Shown here piece by piece: positions 9,568 through 16,548 of a DNA stretch of 64,000 nt. Numbering within the stretch: position 1 is the stretch's first letter; every line of letters starts with the position of its first letter. The notes beneath the pieces were generated by a model. The model made no database searches. It was given only the letters and a program-made list of their open reading frames with translations, and was not told where the DNA came from. This DNA is from Chthonomonadales bacterium. Its GTDB lineage: Bacteria; Armatimonadota; Chthonomonadetes; Chthonomonadales; CAJBBX01. Where the stretch lies: positions 209,279 through 273,278 of the forward strand of contig DAIDHP010000002.1 of NCBI GenBank assembly GCA_027459625.1. The letters are read 5' to 3'. Both the position numbers and the translations under genes were made by a program.

Positions 9568-10515
9568 TCAATTATCTTTGGCGTATACGTTCAGTTGCTT
9601 TGTGTAATTGTTAGCGATATATACGTTTCCCTCCGCATCGGCTGCAATGGGTATGTCATCGGTGTTTTGCGAAAAAGCCTTAGGACCCAAAATCACGCTA
9701 TCCAATGACCCGTTCGGCTTAAGCACCTTCACCCTTGGCAGCCCTTTTTCCGAAGTTACGATATCGCCGGACGGTAGCAGGGCGATACGAATGGGGTTGC
9801 AGCATCCGCAGAATTTATCAATCGAGTTCCCTCCCCCCCCGAACGATGAAATTAATCTTCCATTCGGAGTGAATGTCTCCACCTTATGGCGTCCGGGATT
9901 GTTTACATACAAGTTGCCATTCCTTTGGATCGCAATGTCCAAGTGTGGGCTGGGTAATATGAACCCTTTTATATCCTTAGCGGGATCTGTGCGCCCAATC
10001 GTTCCAACTATTTTTCCGCGAATATCATATTTCCATACGAGCTTGTTTCCCGCATCCGCTGCATAAATATATGACTTATTCGCAGCAAGGTTTATTATTT
10101 GTGCATTGATCGCAGGCGGACCCCAATTTACGATTTGGTTTGCATATCGCGAGAGAACTTCAATATGATTCCCAACGCCCATATATATTTTATCATCCCG
10201 GAGCGCAACGCACATAGGAGGCTCGGTAGTCGGGATCACACTCGGCTGTTGAGTCTTCCGTGTGAAGATCAGCAGGCCCTTATCGCATGCCGCATATATT
10301 CTTCCCTTCCCATCAACCGTGATATCGTTAACTCCAGAGGATGGCAACGGGTAAGAGGCGACCACCTTCCAGGTGAGCCACTTTGCGGGGACGGTTCTTA
10401 TGGCTTGGAATGCATCCAGAGCGGTGGTTGATTTGGGGGCGATTTTCCATAAGACGATCCCCCACAATCCAAAGAGGACAGCAACTATGCCGAGTAATAT
10501 CAACCGCCATTTCAT
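9568..10515 (-). CDS. membrane-anchored NHL-repeat six-bladed beta-propeller protein
   Basis: N-terminal TM helix MKWRLILLGIVAVLFGLWGIVLW. Repeated blade pattern of the NHL type (GRIYAACDKGLLIF, YIYAADAGNKLVWKYD, GNLYVNNPGRHKVETF, GNVYIANNYTKQLNVY). Unusual CGCCNP motif. Confidence 0.6.
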   Translation of the reverse strand: MKWRLILLGIVAVLFGLWGIVLWKIAPKSTTALDAFQAIRTVPAKWLTWKVVASYPLPSSGVNDITVDGKGRIYAACDKGLLIFTRKTQQPSVIPTTEPPMCVALRDDKIYMGVGNHIEVLSRYANQIVNWGPPAINAQIINLAANKSYIYAADAGNKLVWKYDIRGKIVGTIGRTDPAKDIKGFILPSPHLDIAIQRNGNLYVNNPGRHKVETFTPNGRLISSFGGGGNSIDKFCGCCNPIRIALLPSGDIVTSEKGLPRVKVLKPNGSLDSVILGPKAFSQNTDDIPIAADAEGNVYIANNYTKQLNVYAKDN

Positions 10516-10669
10516 ATCATTTCACGGAATGCGAAAAACATCACATTAAAACCCCCGTAACAAGGCATGCGCGATGCGTTGAGCATTGTCCTATCTATTA
10601 TCTTCGAAAAATCCAAATTGTCAAGAAAAAACATAATTTATCGAGTTATGTTGCAATTCAAACGGCTGC

Positions 10670-12118
10670 TTAGTGTAAGCGCATATCCAAACAGACCATT
10701 CTGTTCAGGTCCCTTGCGATTAGCAAGCCACCCGCGATTGCCATTGGACCCCAGGAATCCGGACCGCTCAAGATTTGAATATCCCCCATTTCGTGATATG
10801 CTGTCGGCGTGGCTTGCACCATTGTGAGCACCCCCGAGTCATTCATGATAAATATCAGTCCGTCGGCTATTAGATATGGTCCAAGCCCGAAACGTCGAGT
10901 GGCTCCGCTGGTCCATTGGGGCTGCCCGTTAAGATTAAGGCACACCAACTCCCCTCCGGATCGCACTCCGTAAATATATCCCTTGTATAAAATTGGTGTT
11001 TGCTGATCCGATCCGAAAACGTCGGGAGTTAATCGATAAAGCGTCTGTACAGAGAATTTGCCACTCTGCTCGGTCATTTGCATCATCGCACTGCCCGCAC
11101 CGTAGCCCCCCGTGAAGAAAATACGTCCATCGGGCAGGCAGATGGGGGTGGGGACGGTGGCTGTGCTCACCTTCCAGTCTGTGGTTTGCCAGAGTATGGA
11201 GCCATCCTTCGCCGAGACGCCAGCCGCGCCGCCGCTGCCGCAATAGACATAAATGGATTGATTGTGGAAGGTGGCTTTCGCTATCGAGGAATGCGTCATC
11301 TGCCACCCCATCGGATTCGGTGTCCGCCAGACGATTTTCCCTGTCGCAAGGTTCACCGCGATCATCAGGACATTTCCCGCTGGAGCGAGGATGACATTAT
11401 TCCCGTCGATCAGAGGGCATTGTCCCGCGTACCATTGCGGAACAGTGGTTCCAAATTGTTTGACCAAGTCCATCTGCCAGTAAATTTTCCCCGTATCGGC
11501 ATCCGCGCATAACACATGACATTGTGGTCCAAGGGAAACCACGTATTTCCCTGAAACCGCCGGAATGGTTCGGCTCATTCCGTGATTGCGCTTGATAGGG
11601 TCGGGGTAGGATTGTCGCCATATCTCCTGACCGTTTGCGAGGGAAAGACACCGAAGGGCATCCTCCTGGTGCGCTTCGTCGTAGTCCAGGACATACACCT
11701 TGCCATGCTCGATTGCCGCCGAGGCGTATCCCTCCCCTAAATTTAGCGACCACAGGAGATGAGGCGGATTTTTTTGCCAGTCAGAGGATAACGCCACTTT
11801 TTCAGGGCTGATATCATCGTGGTTTGGACCGCGAAAGCAGGGCCAGGAGCCTGGCAGGTTCGTAACATTCACTCCGGTGAATTTATAGGATGTTTGCTGA
11901 GTTGGAGCCGTTGTCGCCGTGGCGGACGGCGTCGAGGGTGTGGGAACGGCGGTTTGCATCACGTTTTGGTTTTGAATAGCCTTTGCGGGCCCCACGTTCA
12001 GCGGACGTTCAGGGAAATTGTTTATCCTCCGTTCATGCATCAGAAGCCCCAAAAGTATGGCGACGCAAGTCAGCGTGACGCCTATGGGTATTCCCCAGGA
12101 GATGATCTTATTTTTCAT
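10670..12118 (-). CDS. membrane-anchored PQQ-like (BamB-like) beta-propeller repeat protein
   Basis: N-terminal TM helix and a Thr/Pro/Ser linker. Then WPCFRGPNHDD..., LLWSLNLGEGYASAAIEHGKVYVLD, IWRQS, IYWQMD, IVWRTP, ILWQTT propeller blades. Paralog of 2099-4123. Confidence 0.7.
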   Translation of the reverse strand: MKNKIISWGIPIGVTLTCVAILLGLLMHERRINNFPERPLNVGPAKAIQNQNVMQTAVPTPSTPSATATTAPTQQTSYKFTGVNVTNLPGSWPCFRGPNHDDISPEKVALSSDWQKNPPHLLWSLNLGEGYASAAIEHGKVYVLDYDEAHQEDALRCLSLANGQEIWRQSYPDPIKRNHGMSRTIPAVSGKYVVSLGPQCHVLCADADTGKIYWQMDLVKQFGTTVPQWYAGQCPLIDGNNVILAPAGNVLMIAVNLATGKIVWRTPNPMGWQMTHSSIAKATFHNQSIYVYCGSGGAAGVSAKDGSILWQTTDWKVSTATVPTPICLPDGRIFFTGGYGAGSAMMQMTEQSGKFSVQTLYRLTPDVFGSDQQTPILYKGYIYGVRSGGELVCLNLNGQPQWTSGATRRFGLGPYLIADGLIFIMNDSGVLTMVQATPTAYHEMGDIQILSGPDSWGPMAIAGGLLIARDLNRMVCLDMRLH

Positions 12119-12186
12119 GTATTAGTCGATGTGAAACCTTGGGTGCTTAGGAGATGTTCCACGCTTGGCGAGGGTTCCTATCTTAA

Positions 12187-12195
12187 TGATATAAT
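12187..12195 (+). promoter_or_regulatory. extended -10 promoter element (TGaTATAAT) upstream of the terpenoid-type operon
   Basis: tgatataat at 12187-12195 sits in the 194-nt divergent intergenic region, about 118 nt upstream of the 12313 start. The -35 region (ggcgag at 17-nt spacing) is weak, as is usual for extended -10 promoters. Confidence 0.3.
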
Positions 12196-12312
12196 AAAAG
12201 CAAAGAACAAATTGCCAAAATGATTATTTTGCACTGTAATTACCAGCCTTCCATCGAACCATGTCAATGTTAGGCATGATTCACTGCTCATCATTCAAAG
12301 GACATAAGCGAT

Positions 12313-13140
12313 ATGTCAATTAACATTATACTGTCCAGAAGCGGAGAAGTGGATTCTCTCCCCCAAGAAAATCAACTTATTCGCAAACTTTCGGGACAAT
12401 TCGGAGTGGCGGTTACCGTGACCCCGCATCTGTATCATGTATCCGAAAACGATTCCATTTGGATGGAACTTGCAAAAATGGAGGGGGATATCGTATTCAT
12501 CTCCTGGTTGCATCCCCGCCCTGCGGAGTGGTTGCTGCGTAAACATAACGTGGGGGAACAAGCTCTGATCTGCTATCATTTCTCGGATATCCCATCCGAT
12601 CCGGCATGGAGTGTCCTCCCCGAGGCAAACTCCGCTGCGCTCGCCAAGCCTAAAGTGTTGCAAACCCAGCAACTTGTTCGATGGTATCCGGTCGTGGACA
12701 GGTCGAGATGCACCAACTGCCTGAACTGCCTTCAGTTTTGCCTGTTCGGAGTTCACGAAACGGACGAAAACGGCGAGGTCAAAGTTGCAAACCCGGATCA
12801 GTGCAAGCAGGGGTGTCCTGCGTGCAGTCGTATCTGTCCGAATGGGGCGATTATCTTTCCTCTCTATGCAAAGGATCCTTCAATTGCCGGGGCTCCAGGA
12901 TTGGTAATGCAACCGGACAAACAAGCCAGGCATATGTATTACACCAGAACGAAAGCCAAATGTCCAAAATGCGGACAGGAGGGTTCGTTCCTAATCCCTT
13001 CCCCGGGCGCTCCAACTTGCGAGGAGTGCACCAGACCTATTCGCATCAGTAAGCCTGAACCCTCAACGTCAAATATCGTGATGGACGAGATGGACGAATT
13101 GATAGACCAAGTGGATTCAAAATACGGGAGACGCAATTGA
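12313..13140 (+). CDS. 2x[4Fe-4S] ferredoxin-domain protein with unknown N-terminal domain and C-terminal zinc-ribbon
   Basis: CTNCLNCLQFC (CxxCxxCxxxC) and CKQGCPACSRICP motifs. C-terminal CPKCG...(15 aa)...CEEC. The N-terminal ~130 aa (…DIVFISWLHPRPAEWLLRKHNV…) has no motif I can assign. Its stop overlaps the next gene's TTG start. Confidence 0.7.
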   Translation: MSINIILSRSGEVDSLPQENQLIRKLSGQFGVAVTVTPHLYHVSENDSIWMELAKMEGDIVFISWLHPRPAEWLLRKHNVGEQALICYHFSDIPSDPAWSVLPEANSAALAKPKVLQTQQLVRWYPVVDRSRCTNCLNCLQFCLFGVHETDENGEVKVANPDQCKQGCPACSRICPNGAIIFPLYAKDPSIAGAPGLVMQPDKQARHMYYTRTKAKCPKCGQEGSFLIPSPGAPTCEECTRPIRISKPEPSTSNIVMDEMDELIDQVDSKYGRRN

Positions 13141-14711
13141 GTGGAAAGGGCAGCAGAATCCTGCTAACCGCGGATCGCACACTTATAGCCGATTACGATC
13201 TGCTTTTCGACGGAATGCTAGCGGCCAGTCAAACCACTACCACACCCTCATTTTTGATGAAGCACCTCCTGATGAAACGCCCGCGCTCGGCAGGCGGCGC
13301 TGCGAAGTTTGCACCCCTTGGACTTAGGCGAATTGAGGCGGCTCTTCTCTCGGATGGATTTACCGAGGGGGAAGTGGTGGTTGCCGATCCGGATTCGCTC
13401 TCGGATTTCGTTGGGAAGGATACAGCCATTATTGCCGTCTCCTCCGGCGAACCTGCCGGATTTGGCATGAATAGCACCACCATGTGCGGTATTGCCGGAG
13501 GCTCCATTTACCCTTACCGAATGTTTCGCCAATTGATGGGGAATATTCGTCGATTGAAGGATGCGTATCCCCATGTGAAAGTGGTGCTTGGAGGTCCCGG
13601 AGCTTGGCAGATGCGAGAGAAAATACGCTCCCGGGAGCTTCCCATTGACTATCTTGTCACGGGTTACGCCGAGGGGAACGTATCCTCCATCTTTCATAGG
13701 ATTCTTTCCGGAGACGAAATCCCGACCATTATCGATGGGGAATCGGTTTCCGCAGAACAAATTCCTACCATACGGCGCCCTAGCACCATGGGGGTGGTGG
13801 AGATAAGCCGAGGATGCGGTTTGGGATGCGCTTTTTGCACCATCCGGAAAACCGCGATGATTCATTTGCCTCATGAGACGATTATCAAGGATGTGCGTAC
13901 GAACGTGGAGATGGGAAAGCCCAATATCGCCATCCTTAGCGAAGATTTTTTCCGTTACGGTGCAAACGGTATGCAAGTGAATCCGGATAGTCCCATACGC
14001 CTCTTGGAAAACGTTAGAGAGGTGGAGGGGTTAAAGCTGATCCAACTCGATCATTGCAATGTGCTGAGCGTGTCCCAGTATTCCGATGACCATTTGCGGC
14101 AAATACGCCGGTTGCTAACGCAGGGGCAGCGGCATGAATACCCTTGGGTGAATATCGGCGTTGAAACCGCCAGTGGAACGCTATTAAGGAATAACGGGGG
14201 CGGAGCCAAGATGGGGCGAGGGGGAGCAGACGCTTGGGACGAATTTTCCGAGAATCAAGTGCGCAGGCTGGTACGCGCAGGATTCTTTCCTCTGGTAAGT
14301 CTTATCATTGGTTTGCCTTACGAGACGGAACACGATATCCAAATGACGATGGAATGGGTGGAGCGTCTTTCGAATGAGCGTGTCACGGTGTTTCCGGTTC
14401 TTTACGCCCCCGTGGATGGCTCACGACCTCCGAACCCGAATGATCTCCGTCGCTCTCATTGGGATTTAATTAAGCGTTGCTACGATTTGAATTTTTATTG
14501 GACTCCCAAAATGTACTGGGACAATCAGTCCGGAGCAGGCGTCGGTTTGGGCAAGAGATTGCTCATGCAAGGAATGGGTAGAGGCCAGGTGCTTGAGTGG
14601 AGCCTTTTACTCAGTATGAGGAGGTTACGCTCGCCGAAAAGCTTTGCAAATCGGGTCGCATCCAATGAGAAGGAATCCGAAGATGCACCGATGGGAAAAT
14701 CATGTCATTGA
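13137..14711 (+). CDS. B12-binding-domain radical SAM protein
   Basis: Radical-SAM cluster motif EISRGCGLGCAFCTIRK (CxxxCxxC) lies behind an N-terminal Rossmann-like domain (AIIAVSSGEP...VKVVLGGPGAW), as in class B radical-SAM enzymes. Overlaps its neighbours by 4 nt and 10 nt. Confidence 0.8.
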   Translation: MSGKGSRILLTADRTLIADYDLLFDGMLAASQTTTTPSFLMKHLLMKRPRSAGGAAKFAPLGLRRIEAALLSDGFTEGEVVVADPDSLSDFVGKDTAIIAVSSGEPAGFGMNSTTMCGIAGGSIYPYRMFRQLMGNIRRLKDAYPHVKVVLGGPGAWQMREKIRSRELPIDYLVTGYAEGNVSSIFHRILSGDEIPTIIDGESVSAEQIPTIRRPSTMGVVEISRGCGLGCAFCTIRKTAMIHLPHETIIKDVRTNVEMGKPNIAILSEDFFRYGANGMQVNPDSPIRLLENVREVEGLKLIQLDHCNVLSVSQYSDDHLRQIRRLLTQGQRHEYPWVNIGVETASGTLLRNNGGGAKMGRGGADAWDEFSENQVRRLVRAGFFPLVSLIIGLPYETEHDIQMTMEWVERLSNERVTVFPVLYAPVDGSRPPNPNDLRRSHWDLIKRCYDLNFYWTPKMYWDNQSGAGVGLGKRLLMQGMGRGQVLEWSLLLSMRRLRSPKSFANRVASNEKESEDAPMGKSCH

Positions 14712-16465
14712 GCTCCATGTCGAACCCTGAGATAGATGAAGCGATGGTTCAGTTGAAGAGCATCCTTGCCGAGGAGATTATTGATGGTTCCCATTGGGAG
14801 GGACATTTATCCGCGTCAGCCTTATCCAATGCAACCGCTCTTTCCGCTCTCTCCTTTTCAAACGCCCCCGAGGATGGACAAAGTTTGAATGCAGGTTTGG
14901 AATGGCTCTTTGACCATCAGAATCAGGATGGGGGATGGGGGGATACGACCGATAGTCCCTCCAATCTCTCCACCACTCTGCTCGTGAACGCCGCATTTCG
15001 TCTTAATGAAAAAAGATTGACGGAATTGAAACAACTAACCGTTGACAGTGCATTGCAGGGGATGAATGCGTGGTTGAAAAAGGCTTTGGCTAACCATAAC
15101 GGTGATGTCGCAAAGGGCGTTCGGGAGTTATATGGAGAGGATCGAACCTTTTCAGCGCCGATACTGATGAACTGCGCTCTTGCGGGGTTGGTGGATTGGA
15201 GGTGCTTGCCGGATTTGCCTTACGAGTTGGCGGCAGCACCGCAGGGTTTGTTTAAATTCCTGAAACTAGGGGTGGTTAGTTACGCTCTCCCAGCATTGAT
15301 CGCCATCGGAATGTTGGTGGAACAAAGAAAACCCACTGCGAATCCGCTTGCAGGAGCTTTGCGGCAGGTGTGCATTCCGAAGGTTATGGAGAAATTGCAG
15401 GAGATTCAGCCCGCCCATGGTGGTTTTCTTGATGCTACTCCCTTAACCTCCTTTGTCGCGATGGCTTTGGCAAATCGTTTCGACCCTCAGCATCCCGTAA
15501 CTCAAAAGTGTTTCGCTTTTCTTCGTTGGTCCATGCGTTCGGATGGAAGTTGGCCCATAGATACGAACCTCTCCGTTTGGATCACCTCCCATATTTTCGG
15601 CCTGTTCGAATGGATCGGATTTCCCTCGGATATCCATCCACTCCAAATCAAGGAATGGCTATATGGACGGCAACAACTCGTCCGTCATCCCTACACGGGA
15701 GCGGATCCGGGCGGTTGGGGATGGAATCATCATCCGGGTAGTGTTCCCGACGCTGACGACACATCTGCTGTGCTAATAGCGCTCTATCGTCTTCAAGGAG
15801 AGGCGAGGGAATGGAATGGGTTGAAATGGTTGTTGCGTCTTCAAAATGATGATGGCGGATGGCCGACCTTTTGCAAAGGCTGGAGCGGATTGCCTTTCGA
15901 CCGAAGTTGTCCGGATATCACCGCTCACGCCTTGCGAGCCATCTCCCCGTATGCCAAGGTGGCGTCCAATATGAATGTGTCAAAAAGCATTCGAAAAGGT
16001 TTGGAATGGCTTAAGAAGAATCAATGCGAGGATGGCTCCTGGGTTCCATTATGGTTCGGTAATCAGTACGCCCCGCATGGCGAAAACAGAGTGGTGGGGG
16101 CGAGCCGAGTTCTATTGGCGCTGGGGGAGTTGAATGAACAGCAGGCGGAGAGCGAAAAAGGGGTTCATTATCTTCTGAATGTTCAAAACGATGATGGAGG
16201 ATGGGGCGGCGGAAAAGGAATATCCTCCACCATGGAGGAGACTTCGTTATCCGTGATCGCTCTTTTGGCGTGCGGCCATATTCATGAGGCGGAGAGAGGT
16301 GTTGAGTTTTTGCTGAGAGGATGCCTTAGTCGTGCTTACGAAAATCCTGCACCAATAGGCCTCTATTTCACAAGCCTTTGGTATTCCGAAAAGCTGTATC
16401 CGATTATTTGGACTTTGGAAGCTTTGGGGCGGTTCAAACTGCAAAAAAAAATGATCCATGGCTGA
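14702..16465 (+). CDS. class II terpene cyclase (squalene-hopene cyclase / prenyltransferase alpha-alpha toroid family)
   Basis: Five QW-type repeats (QNQDGGWGD, MRSDGSWP, LQNDDGGWPT, NQCEDGSWVP, VQNDDGGWGGG). DxDD catalytic-acid motif in GSVPDADDTSAVLIALYRL. 587 aa. Confidence 0.75.
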   Translation: MSLSSMSNPEIDEAMVQLKSILAEEIIDGSHWEGHLSASALSNATALSALSFSNAPEDGQSLNAGLEWLFDHQNQDGGWGDTTDSPSNLSTTLLVNAAFRLNEKRLTELKQLTVDSALQGMNAWLKKALANHNGDVAKGVRELYGEDRTFSAPILMNCALAGLVDWRCLPDLPYELAAAPQGLFKFLKLGVVSYALPALIAIGMLVEQRKPTANPLAGALRQVCIPKVMEKLQEIQPAHGGFLDATPLTSFVAMALANRFDPQHPVTQKCFAFLRWSMRSDGSWPIDTNLSVWITSHIFGLFEWIGFPSDIHPLQIKEWLYGRQQLVRHPYTGADPGGWGWNHHPGSVPDADDTSAVLIALYRLQGEAREWNGLKWLLRLQNDDGGWPTFCKGWSGLPFDRSCPDITAHALRAISPYAKVASNMNVSKSIRKGLEWLKKNQCEDGSWVPLWFGNQYAPHGENRVVGASRVLLALGELNEQQAESEKGVHYLLNVQNDDGGWGGGKGISSTMEETSLSVIALLACGHIHEAERGVEFLLRGCLSRAYENPAPIGLYFTSLWYSEKLYPIIWTLEALGRFKLQKKMIHG

Positions 16466-16510
16466 GGGTGGATATTTCAAGCGTCAGTTTTAGCGTATTT
16501 GTGATACCTG

Positions 16511-16519
16511 TGTTATAAT
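16511..16519 (+). promoter_or_regulatory. possible internal extended -10 promoter (TGtTATAAT)
   Basis: tgttataat at 16511-16519 in the 83-nt gap between the cyclase and the DUF116/polyprenyl-synthase-like gene. No good -35. Confidence 0.25.
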
Positions 16520-16548
16520 GAAAAAAACAATTAGCCGCTCCACCGTAA

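Noticed and set aside
2099-12118. Calling the two PQQ-like propellers true PQQ-dependent dehydrogenases or BamB
   Set aside because: Only the generic beta-propeller repeat pattern is visible. I could not identify the PQQ/Ca-binding or catalytic Asp motifs, and the TM-anchored, long-tether architecture differs from the lipoprotein BamB. The generic name is kept.
13248-13976. Long antisense or alternative-frame ORFs inside well-supported genes. Examples: 13248-13976, 18919-19527, 23268-23987, 29593-30315, 33085-33678, 37400-38128, 38494-39288, 40331-40900, 41117-41956, 55843-56388, 57508-58224
   Set aside because: Each lies wholly within a longer ORF on the opposite strand or in another frame that carries clear family motifs. 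Their translations are Arg/Pro/Gly-rich or low-complexity, as expected for shadow ORFs.
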